From IMG/VR virus record IMGVR_UViG_3300042890_000355, positions 1 through 60,714 of that record: a DNA stretch of 60,714 nucleotides. One strand, given 5' to 3'. Position 1 is the stretch's first letter. Every line of letters begins with the position of its first letter. The translations under genes were made by a program, and so were the position numbers. Origin of the DNA: a virus. Taxonomy: Duplodnaviria > Caudoviricetes. Positions 47,818-56,600 of the stretch are shown piece by piece. Below the pieces are notes generated by a model, which searched no databases, had not been told where the DNA came from, and saw only the letters and a program-made list of their open reading frames with translations.

Positions 47818-47846
47818 TTGCAAAATTAAAATGTAGCAGGTATAAT
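47818..47846 (+). promoter_or_regulatory. Sigma70 promoter of the pentamer array/RAMP operon, overlapped by an inverted repeat
   Basis: TTGCAA(47818)-17bp-TATAAT(47841); TACCTGTTGCA...TGTAGCAGGTA inverted repeat 47812-47842. Confidence 0.85.
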
Positions 47847-47862
47847 CAGTTCCAACCTATCT

Positions 47863-48326
47863 GGTTTAATGTGGTCTGGCAAGTTATGGCGGGACGAGGC
47901 GGTGCCCGGTCGGGCATGGCAGGGAACTGGTAACAGTCGATAGGGAATTAGCAATAGTTCTCCTTCGAGTGTTAGGCACGGTCGGGCAAGTCTCGGCACG
48001 GTGAGGAGAGGCGGGGATAGGCAGGGTACGGCACGGAAAGGTGCGGCAGGGAGCTAGAAATAGTCGATAGGGTATTGGCAACAGTACCACTTCGAGTGTT
48101 AGAGGAATGGCTGGATGCGGTCAGGCGAGCAAAGGTCAGGTTTGGAGGGGTAAGGCAAGGGCTGTTTACAGCGGGAAGTTATTTAACAAGATAACTTTTC
48201 GGTGGTAACACCACTAGGTTGGGTCTGGTGTGGCAAGGCGAGGAATGCTTAGGAAGGGTCTGGCAAGGGCTAATGTAGCGGCTATTAGATTGGCAACAGT
48301 CTTATGGTCGATGCAAATTGTGCATC
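47863..48326 (+). ncRNA. Four-unit putative guide-RNA array: phased GG(Y/A)NN pentamer tracts each followed by hairpin handles (VIPR-like)
   Basis: Tracts 47863-47922 (12), 47975-48049 (15), 48104-48158 (11), 48217-48266 (10); 40/48 pentamers start GG and position 3 is never G; each tract ends GGCAR-GG then stem-loops, several with GNRA loops. Confidence 0.85.
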
Positions 48327-48342
48327 AATTAAAGGAAACAAA

Positions 48343-48912
48343 ATGAAATCTATTAAAGTAAAACTCTCAGGCTCATCTGCTTTACTCATGCACTCTGATC
48401 GCTTTGCGAACCCGTTAGACCCACTAACTAAGGCTCACAAAGAACTGACAGGCAAGCGCAAGAAAACTGACGATGACCATATCGCCATCGCTAGAAGTGA
48501 ATTCATTGGTGGCTGTTATTGGAATGAAGACACTGGCTTCTTTATTCCTGCACAAAACCTAGACTCATGCCTGATCGCGGCGGCTAAGCTTCAAAAGCTT
48601 GGCGTTAAATTCAAGCAGGGCGTACAGGTATTGGAAGACGAGCTACCCATCGACGGCTTTAAGTCCGTCACTCCCGAGAAGCTTTGGGAAAACCCAAAGA
48701 ACGTAGATGCCCGTGGCGTTAAGGTAGGCATGGCCAAGATCATGCGCTACCGCCCCATCTTTCGCAACTGGTCACTGTCTGCCACTGTGATGGTGAATGA
48801 AGATGTAGTTAACCTCAATGAAGTTAAGAAAGCTTTGGTTGACGCTGGCAATTTGATTGGCTTGGGTGATTACCGTCCCCGCTTTGGCCGCTTTGATGTG
48901 GAGTTTGCATGA
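48343..48912 (+). CDS. Stand-alone Cas7/RAMP-like protein (putative Vipr-type effector), 189 aa
   Basis: AAAGGA RBS and ATG 48343; beta1 IKVKLSGSSALLMH, FFIPAQNLDSCL (RAMP IPxxxLK-like), C-terminal G-loop IGLGDYRPRFGRFDV. Confidence 0.8.
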   Translation: MKSIKVKLSGSSALLMHSDRFANPLDPLTKAHKELTGKRKKTDDDHIAIARSEFIGGCYWNEDTGFFIPAQNLDSCLIAAAKLQKLGVKFKQGVQVLEDELPIDGFKSVTPEKLWENPKNVDARGVKVGMAKIMRYRPIFRNWSLSATVMVNEDVVNLNEVKKALVDAGNLIGLGDYRPRFGRFDVEFA

Positions 48913-49391
48913 GCGACAATCCAAAACTATTTCCCGCTTGGAAGCAGGCAGTTAAAACTTTATTGGACAGCGGCCTTACATACGGAAGCGTACTCAAGCG
49001 CAGTTACATTTCCGAGTTGTGTGATGTGCCAAAGCCAGTAGACATTGACGATGTTCGCAGGTATGACCTTGAAGTGCTTCGCTGCATCACAGAGATCAAA
49101 GACATTCTGCTAACAGCCCACTGCATGCTAATGGTCAGTGACCATGCAGGCAACTACATCATCATCGAGCCTGAGTCACAAACTCAACACGCTGTTGATG
49201 CAGGTGTTAAAGCAATCAGTCGAGAGATGAAGCGTATGGCTATGGGCGTGAGCTTTACCAAGACTGATTTACTCACAGACGAAGGCCGTAAGAAAAACGC
49301 AGATGCTCAGGCAAAGATCTCAAAGCTGGCCGGAATGCTAAGCATTGAGAAGCGTGAGCTTCAGCGTATATCCGACAGGAGTCAGCCATGA
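48909..49391 (+). CDS. Accessory protein coupled to the RAMP gene, function unknown
   Basis: ATGA overlap with the RAMP stop; possible winged helix (GNYIII) followed by a long helix. Confidence 0.7.
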   Translation: MSDNPKLFPAWKQAVKTLLDSGLTYGSVLKRSYISELCDVPKPVDIDDVRRYDLEVLRCITEIKDILLTAHCMLMVSDHAGNYIIIEPESQTQHAVDAGVKAISREMKRMAMGVSFTKTDLLTDEGRKKNADAQAKISKLAGMLSIEKRELQRISDRSQP

Positions 49392-50284
49392 AGTTCACAA
49401 ACAAGTTCAACTTACCTCAGACATTTGTCAATGTAATACATCGGCCAACGTACTCCAAAGGTAAGGCGCACATCTCTGCGACTGAGATCATTAACTCACC
49501 ACGAATCGTTCAGTTAAAGAAGAAACACTGGGATGACATTGAGCAAGACGCAAGCGAGATGGTGTGGTCACTCTTTGGTTCTGCTGTTCACAACATCTTG
49601 GAACACGGCAAAGATAAGAACCACATTGTTGAAGAGAGACTGCACCTTGAGTATGAAGGATGGCATATCTCTGGTGCGATTGACTTACAAGAGTTAGAGC
49701 CTAATGGAACGATGACTGTCAGTGATTACAAAGTTACTGGCGCATGGGCAGTGATGAATGAGAAGGATGACTGGCACCGCCAATTAAATATTTATGGTTG
49801 GATGGTGGAGAAGGTTAAGAAAGTACCAGTAGGTAAGCTTCAGATCATTGCCATCATTCGTGACTGGTCTGCCCGCGATGCCGCATCTAAAGAAGGCTAC
49901 CCTCAGTCACCAGTGGCTACGATTGATATTCCTCTGTGGACATTTGAAGAGCGTGAAGCGTTTATCACGAAACGAATCTACGACCACGGCACAGCACTCT
50001 TTGAGATGGAGACAGATGGCGAGATGCCTGACTGCACACCCGAAGAAATGTGGGAGAAGAAAACTTCCTATGCTTTAAAGAAGGATGGGAACGTGAGAGC
50101 AAAGAGTGTTCACGAGACACTTGAGGATGCTGAGAAAGCACTGGCTAAGTCCGAAGAGACAGCCAAGAAGAACGAGAAGTTTGTTATCGAAGTAAGACAA
50201 GGAGAAAGAACACGATGCCGCAGCTACTGCCAAGTGTCACCGTTCTGCACTCAATACCAAAACTACCTAAAGGAAATGCCATGA
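49388..50284 (+). CDS. PD-(D/E)XK exonuclease, Cas4-like
   Basis: ISAT, FGSAVH, EERL, ISGAID, DYK, QLNIY; Cys cluster RCRSYCQVSPFC. Confidence 0.85.
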   Translation: MKFTNKFNLPQTFVNVIHRPTYSKGKAHISATEIINSPRIVQLKKKHWDDIEQDASEMVWSLFGSAVHNILEHGKDKNHIVEERLHLEYEGWHISGAIDLQELEPNGTMTVSDYKVTGAWAVMNEKDDWHRQLNIYGWMVEKVKKVPVGKLQIIAIIRDWSARDAASKEGYPQSPVATIDIPLWTFEEREAFITKRIYDHGTALFEMETDGEMPDCTPEEMWEKKTSYALKKDGNVRAKSVHETLEDAEKALAKSEETAKKNEKFVIEVRQGERTRCRSYCQVSPFCTQYQNYLKEMP

Positions 50285-50529
50285 AGCCAGTTCAACTATC
50301 CCTTACTCAGCAAAGCGCAGAACTAATTGTTCGTGCTTTGATTGAGATGCCATTTAAACAAGTGAATCAATTGATCCACTACATAGATCATGAGATTGCT
50401 ATCTCTCAACAACAGATGCCTACCAATACAGTAACTGTTGCACAGAAAGTTACTACGCCATTCCCAAAGTACGGCTTGAAGAAAGACGGTACTCCAAAGA
50501 AACGTGCTGGTCGTCCAGCTAAGAAGTGA
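50281..50529 (+). CDS. Small protein with basic C-terminus
   Basis: Start MKPVQL; YGLKKDGTPKKRAGRP. Confidence 0.65.
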   Translation: MKPVQLSLTQQSAELIVRALIEMPFKQVNQLIHYIDHEIAISQQQMPTNTVTVAQKVTTPFPKYGLKKDGTPKKRAGRPAKK

Positions 50530-50537
50530 GGTGCATC

Positions 50538-51017
50538 ATGGAAAAAGAAGAACTCAGAAAAGCATGGAGAAGTGACATTGAATACAAAGGCGGTCACTGT
50601 CCAGTGTGTGATCGTTGGGGAAAGATTTACGGAAGGAATCTAAACCGATCTATGGCTAGAGCTTTGATCTGGTTATGCAGTGCAACTAAAGATGAAGATG
50701 GTTGGGTTGATGTTGCAAACAAAAGCCCTCGATGGCTTGTGAAAACAAATCAAATCCAATCATGCCGTTGGTGGGGTCTTGTTGAAAGTAAACCAAAAGA
50801 TGAGACTGATGATAGTAAAGGTTCATCAGCTTTTTGGAGACCAACTCAAGCAGGTTTGGATTTTGTATTTAAACATACAAGAGTTCCAAAGAAAGTATTT
50901 ACATACAACGCCGACGTTGAGGGAATAAGCGAAGAGACAGTGTTTATCGAGGACTGCTTCAAAGAGTTCTTTGATTACCAAGATGTAATGAATTCATTTT
51001 TTAAAAAAGGTAACTAA
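50538..51017 (+). CDS. Hypothetical protein with CxxC and winged-helix-like segment
   Basis: GAGGTG RBS; CPVCDR, WWGLVE, WRPTQAGLDF. Confidence 0.75.
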   Translation: MEKEELRKAWRSDIEYKGGHCPVCDRWGKIYGRNLNRSMARALIWLCSATKDEDGWVDVANKSPRWLVKTNQIQSCRWWGLVESKPKDETDDSKGSSAFWRPTQAGLDFVFKHTRVPKKVFTYNADVEGISEETVFIEDCFKEFFDYQDVMNSFFKKGN

Positions 51018-51716
51018 ATGTCAGTCCATAAAAAGCTAATGCAAGCGAGGGTCAAGCTTCAATCCACAGAGATGAAGAAGTCTGGCCTCAATAAGTTTGC
51101 CGGCTATTCATACTTTGAGTTGAGTGACTTTATCCCTCACGTTCAGACCATCTTCAACGACCTTGGCCTGTGCGGTGTCGTGACGTTTAACACTGAGTAT
51201 GCACAGCTATGTATCACCGACGTAGATGACGGCACAGTCATTGTGATTACTAGCCCAATGGCCGAGGCCAACCTCAAGGGAGCACACCCCATACAAAATT
51301 TGGGCGCAGTTTTGAGCTACCAACGGAGGTACCTCTGGATGGCCGCTTTGGAGCTAGTCGAGGGGGATCCCATAGATTCAGCGCCCCCTGTAGAAGCGCC
51401 AAAGCCCGAACCTAAACCAGAACCTAAACCAGAGCCAGTTAAGAAGACACCAGTTCCTTTGAAGATGGAAGGCCGCGACGATAAGTCTTGGCACCTCATC
51501 GTAGAGAAGGAACCCGGAGACTCATCAGAATCTTGGATCACAGCAGTAGTAGACATCACTAAGATGGGTCTAGCAGAGACTCATAACGAAGCTGAAGTGA
51601 TGAAGCTGTTTACCAACAACAGAATTATCTTTGATCGTCTGAAGTTAGAAGACGTTGAGAGATATACCGCGCTCATGGGCGCATTCAAAACCCGTAAAGA
51701 AGAACTGAAAGGATAA
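51018..51716 (+). CDS. ERF-family single-strand annealing protein
   Basis: KKSGLNKFAGYSYFEL, QNLGAVLSYQRRY. Confidence 0.85.
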   Translation: MSVHKKLMQARVKLQSTEMKKSGLNKFAGYSYFELSDFIPHVQTIFNDLGLCGVVTFNTEYAQLCITDVDDGTVIVITSPMAEANLKGAHPIQNLGAVLSYQRRYLWMAALELVEGDPIDSAPPVEAPKPEPKPEPKPEPVKKTPVPLKMEGRDDKSWHLIVEKEPGDSSESWITAVVDITKMGLAETHNEAEVMKLFTNNRIIFDRLKLEDVERYTALMGAFKTRKEELKG

Positions 51717-51718
51717 TC

Positions 51719-52009
51719 ATGGCTACTAAGTACCCAAACTCAGGAATGCTCGGCAAAGCTAAGCAGCCTAAGATCAACCCCAACTCACCAGACTACACTG
51801 GAAGTATTGATGTTGACATCTCTCTTATCAAAGAGATGTTGGAAGATGCCCGTCAAGAGGGCGCTGACTCTATCAACATGAAGCTTGGTGCTTGGATCAA
51901 AGAAGGACAGTTCGGAAAGTTCTTCAGCATCAAGGTCAACAACTACAAGAAGACTAATGCACCCGTGCAGAATAAGCTTCCAGTAGACGACTCTGACATC
52001 CCTTTTTAA
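51719..52009 (+). CDS. Putative single-stranded DNA-binding protein
   Basis: SPDYTG, GAWIK, acidic tail DDSDIPF. Confidence 0.75.
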   Translation: MATKYPNSGMLGKAKQPKINPNSPDYTGSIDVDISLIKEMLEDARQEGADSINMKLGAWIKEGQFGKFFSIKVNNYKKTNAPVQNKLPVDDSDIPF

Positions 52010-52029
52010 TACTAAAGTATTAACTTTGT

Positions 52030-52449
52030 ATGCAAACAAGCCAGTTTGAAAGCGTCAAGGTAGCTCTCAAGCAAGACAAGACTGGGTTCGTATTGACACT
52101 CTCAATACACCCAGACGACTTGCCCGAGGAGATCCTACGCGATTTTGTTGGTGCTCGATACCAAGTAGTTATGGTTCGACTTAACAACGAAGAACGCCCT
52201 ATGAACAGAGAGCAAGAGCACTCTAACGATGGCGTTCGAATGGCTGGGATGCTCAGTAGGGATCCCCAGTTTCACAAGTTTCTCTACGACGGTGGCCACA
52301 TCTTCATTGCTAACGAAGAAGAAGCAACCAGTTGGTTAAAAGAGTACTTGGAAATTAATTCAAGAACAGAAATAAAAGACAGCGCCCGTGCTCAAGAAAA
52401 GCTACGTGGCGTAACACAGGAGTTTTCAGCATGGAAGATAACCGCTTAG
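52030..52449 (+). CDS. Conserved phage hypothetical protein
   Basis: HPDDLP...VGARYQVVMV; AGMLSRDPQF...SRTEI. Confidence 0.75.
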   Translation: MQTSQFESVKVALKQDKTGFVLTLSIHPDDLPEEILRDFVGARYQVVMVRLNNEERPMNREQEHSNDGVRMAGMLSRDPQFHKFLYDGGHIFIANEEEATSWLKEYLEINSRTEIKDSARAQEKLRGVTQEFSAWKITA

Positions 52450-52751
52450 TCCCTTACTCAGTACATCTTAAGCGAGAGGTGTACGACAAACTAAAGCTGG
52501 CCGCTGGTCAGCGCAAGGCTTCCGCCCTTGTGCGTGATGCTATTACGATGATTGTCGAAGGTGATGACGAGTTCAATGGTGGATACAACAAAGGTATCCG
52601 TGACGCGATCTCTGTTATCAGTGAAGACGAACTAGCTTCGGCTATTGCATACAACGGTGATACTGTTGCCGATCTGTTGGCCGAGAAACTTTTAGAGATG
52701 ATTGTTTCTCAGAATACAAAAGGTAAATCCAATGGCAAGAAAAAAGCCTGA
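52431..52751 (+). CDS. Ribbon-helix-helix-like DNA-binding protein
   Basis: YSVHL...YDKLK...ASALVRDAI. Confidence 0.6.
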   Translation: MEDNRLVPYSVHLKREVYDKLKLAAGQRKASALVRDAITMIVEGDDEFNGGYNKGIRDAISVISEDELASAIAYNGDTVADLLAEKLLEMIVSQNTKGKSNGKKKA

Positions 52752-52926
52752 AGGTGTTAAGAGTCTGGTTAAGTTGGAGCCCGTCTCCCTTGACCAGATC
52801 ACCATGCTTGACTTCTTTGCAGCCTTTGTCCTCATGGGCTTGGCCGGCGGAGAAGACATGCACCAGAACGCACAACAAGCATACGACCAAGCGGAGGAGA
52901 TGATGCTTGAAAGGATGGAGCGATGA
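52732..52926 (+). CDS. Hypothetical protein
   Basis: Start MARKKPE; LDFFAA...AYDQAEEMM. Confidence 0.65.
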   Translation: MARKKPEGVKSLVKLEPVSLDQITMLDFFAAFVLMGLAGGEDMHQNAQQAYDQAEEMMLERMER

Positions 52927-53144
52927 ACAGAAAGACACACATAGAACAACTAGAGCGAGCCGTTGGCGATGCTCATCGTGCGATGGCCGTACAAGAAAGT
53001 ATTTGGATGGAGGAGTGGGAGGCCGCTCGTAATCCTTTCATAGCCATCAACGAATGGAATAAGAACTACGATAGACGAATGGTCTACATTCAGCCGTGGC
53101 TTGATGCAAAAGCAGAACTTAATAAATTTAGGAACAAAGAATGA
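52923..53144 (+). CDS. Hypothetical protein
   Basis: ATGA overlaps. Confidence 0.6.
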   Translation: MNRKTHIEQLERAVGDAHRAMAVQESIWMEEWEAARNPFIAINEWNKNYDRRMVYIQPWLDAKAELNKFRNKE

Positions 53145-53356
53145 CTGAAATCTACGGCGGGAAGATGGCCTTCCCCATACACAACACTGGCCACGGCGCA
53201 CCCTTTGATGAGGGTATGTCTCTCAGAGACTACATAGCTATACATGCAATGCAGGCTTCTTTAATGCGTCAGCATGACACAGTAAGTAGACATGCTGAAT
53301 ATGCCTACATGGTAGCGGATGCCATGCTAGAGCACAGGGTGTCGGGTGAACAATAA
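53141..53356 (+). CDS. Conserved phage protein (AFP...GMSLRDY type)
   Basis: AFP, GMSLRDYIA, AYMVADAML. Confidence 0.8.
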   Translation: MTEIYGGKMAFPIHNTGHGAPFDEGMSLRDYIAIHAMQASLMRQHDTVSRHAEYAYMVADAMLEHRVSGEQ

Positions 53357-53609
53357 GCTAACCGCCAAGCACAGGCTTCACATAGGCAGAGTTAAGGAAC
53401 TACCTTGCTCTGTCTGTGATGAACCCGGCCCGTCGGATGCTCACCACGTTAAACAACATCAACAGTACACAGTGGTAGCCCTGTGTAAGTCCTGTCACCA
53501 AGGCCCAGTCTTGGGCTGGCACGGCCAGAAACGGATGTGGGCTATCAAGAAGATGGATGAATTAGACGCTCTAGCTGTCACCATAGAGCGCCTCCTAGAA
53601 AACTTTTAA
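53346..53609 (+). CDS. Ref/DUF968-like His-Me (HNH) nuclease
   Basis: PCSVC...DAHH...ALCKSCHQG. Confidence 0.75.
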   Translation: MNNKLTAKHRLHIGRVKELPCSVCDEPGPSDAHHVKQHQQYTVVALCKSCHQGPVLGWHGQKRMWAIKKMDELDALAVTIERLLENF

Positions 53610-53614
53610 TTTTT

Positions 53615-56600
53615 CTACTTCATTGACTTACGAACATCTTCAGCTTGTTTAGCTAGCATGGAGATCAACTCTTTCATCTGGTCAATCTGCTCTCGCTTGG
53701 TAGCCCCGTCCATACCCGTGTCTGCTGTGACCACTTGAATCTGCTTACGGATGTTAGCCATCTGCTTAGATGTCTGGGTGTACATCTTCTGTAATGCAAT
53801 CTTGTCACCCTTCTCCTCATAAATCTGCTGGACTTTATCTATCTCACCAATCTCAGAGTAATGACGCATATCCGCAAAGGCTTGCTGAATCTGTTTGTTG
53901 TTCTCGTAGAACGAAGTGGTGTAGAAAGATTGGTTAGCGGGAAGAGACTTAACAAATCCAAGACTTGCTCTATCCATCCACTTAGTATCTGGGTACTCAC
54001 CCTCTTTAAACGGGGCAACAGCGTACATAGAAGTGGTAGCTGCTGTGCCGCCGAGCCAGCCGAAGTAACCCTTAATAGCATAGTCCACCTGAACTGGGCT
54101 TAACTCTGCTTTTTCTGGCAAAGCTATGTTTAATACAGGAGCCAAAGCCAAAGCTAGTGGACTGGTGTTCTCTGTCTTACGCTCAGCTTTAGACAAGGCT
54201 TCCATACCCGCAGTCTCAATAGGTGAGCCGGTGAAGCTATCCTTATTGGAGTACAGATCAACAATAGGTTTGAAGATCTGCGGCAACGGGTTCATCGCAA
54301 ATGTATCCCACACCATACGGCTAAGGGCATCTGTGAATTGCTTACCTTCTGCATTCTCATCAAAGATCTGCTCGGCTGTACGCTCGGCAATAGTTCCAAG
54401 AGCACCAATCTCAAATGGCTTAGGAATACGAAGAGCCGCTTCCATGCCGGGTAACTTGATCCACCAGAAGTTATCCCGATCCCAGTTGTCCCGCTTTTGG
54501 TACTCTTCGTCGTCTTTAAATCCATAGTACAAAGCAAGAGAGGCAAGGCACACAGCACCAGAGATGATAGAGAACGCTTCTGCTTTCTTCTTATCACTCA
54601 GATCCAACTCTTTACCTGTCATTGAGTTGTACAGGACACGGCCAGTAGGTACGATGCCATCACGACCAAGCTTGTACAGACCTTGAATACGGGCATTCAT
54701 GAACGGTACGACCTGAGTCAAGTAACGGAACGCACTCCATGAACCTTGCATAGAGAAGTCCATCAAGTCGCGAGCTTCGTAAGAGGCTTGTAAGTGAGAT
54801 AGACCCTGCTCTCGTAGCTGGTTGTAAAGCGCCATGCGGTTAGCAGCTTCAGACTTGTTACCCGCATCTTCGTATGCAGACCATAGCTTAGCCAAACCAG
54901 CTTTGATCTTGTCTGGTGTATCTAGAATGTCGGCCTCTTTAACACCTTTGGCCAGTAATCTTTTAATTAACTTTGCCTGATTACCTTCATAAGCGGTACC
55001 AAAGTTAAAGATAGCACCACCGGCCAGAGCAGAAATGTGTGCAGGGTTGTTCTTATCTGTGGCTACCCAGCCCTCAACCACGTTGGCAAAAGGATTCTTC
55101 TTCAAGCCGGACACGGCCATAGCCTGAACAGAATCACGGAACAAGTTGTTTACTTTAAACGCAGGAGAGATGGTAACGCCGTACTGCAAGATGTTCTTGA
55201 AGTCACGAGACACATCAAGGAACTTAGACTTTGGCCCCATGTATCCGATAGAGGTGATCGACTCAAGCAAGAGAGGATCTTTAATGGTGTAGTAAACAGG
55301 GTTGCCGTCTTCCATAACCTTTACGGTATCTGGGCCGGCTTCTGTGGCTTTCTCTACGGCATCTAGCTTCTCGGCATCCTTGACCGTAGTCACAGCGGCT
55401 TGGTTCTTCATAGACGCAGACAGGATATGACTCCAGTTACGCAGAGTGTTTTCCATCAAGTCACCGAATGGTCGCTCTCCTCCGCCTTTCAAAGCTTTAG
55501 AGAACTGCTGACGGGTCAAACCTGCTGAAGTCTGAGCACCCTGAAGATCACCGTCTTCCATCTGACGATAGAAAGGAATGTAGTAAATATCCCGAACAAA
55601 GTTGTCGTAGCTGAACTGGTCAATTAGACCTTGATCTAAAGCCACATCCAAGACGGAACGGTTTAGATTATTCATATCTTTAAGGACAGCAGCATAGACC
55701 TCAGCACGGGGCTTGCCGTTAATCGTACCTTCAGACAACTGCTTGCGATTGGCCACCATGTAGTCCATGTCAGGACTGCGTGATTTCTTTTCTGGAGGTA
55801 AATTAGATTCACGGTTCAACGCAACCCACATCTGGTAGCGGTCTACCTCAGAGCCAACAGGCTTGAGTGTCTCAATCAGACCCTTGGTGTTGGGTTTAAT
55901 GTTCAATGCACCGCCGTCGTTAAAGACATGACCGTTAAACAAGATACCCTCAAGAGCGCCGTCAACAGTCTTAGACAGACGGGCTTGCATGTAGCCGACA
56001 GGCGAGTAGTCTTTGATCGTTCTGTACTGGTCTGCAATACCCTGAGCCAGACGTTGCCAGAAACGATCCTGCATGTCAGTAATCTTCTCAACAATCGTTC
56101 TAGTCTGTGGCTTGAAGACACGGTTAGCCGCATCTGTAAACTCTTGGTTTACACCCTGCATAGTCTCAGCGGCAAGAGGCTTTTGTTTCTGTAAGGCAGT
56201 AGAGACTTTCTGCTTTACCTCGCTAACAGACTTAGGTATCTCCATCTGGTCTGTCATCTCTGAGTAGTCAACTTCACCCTTATCAACTTTTACACCTTTA
56301 GGCTGTTTAGTCTGAGCAAGCCTGTCTACCAAGTTCATAACTTCGGTAAGAGCGTTAACATCTTTAATACCAAGCAACTCTGCAACCATACGAGTAAATG
56401 CTGTCCATGCACTGCGACGACCGCCATAGGAGATTTGCATTAACTCATATTGGAACTCTGGATTAGTCATTGCCTCGGCAGTGAACTCACGCTCGTTAGT
56501 CAGGCCGTAGAAGTCTTTACCTTGACGGCGCAGTTCTTTCTTAACGTGCTTGTATAGCTTTTCAATCTGTTCAACAATAGGTTTCTGACGCTCAGTAGGA

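Noticed and set aside
47884-48090. 68-aa minus-strand ORF over the pentamer array
   Set aside because: Its Pro/Arg/Cys-rich sequence is the shadow of CC-periodic DNA; no RBS, and it is antisense to a strong promoter
47863-48326. Classical CRISPR array, simple microsatellite or G-quadruplex
   Set aside because: No identical direct repeats with unique spacers and no cas1/2. NN positions are non-repetitive, unlike slippage repeats. G4 formation is possible but does not explain the strict 5-nt phase, the non-G third base or the covarying handles
48304-48342. Longer N-terminus for the RAMP-like ORF given in the ORF track
   Set aside because: ATG 48304 lies inside handle-4 hairpins; the AAAGGA RBS supports ATG 48343
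50733-50762. Possible self-target of tract 4 (TGnCTnGTnAA matches TGGCTTGTGAAA)
   Set aside because: Only the first 4 of 10 dinucleotides match; expected by chance in 60 kb on two strands
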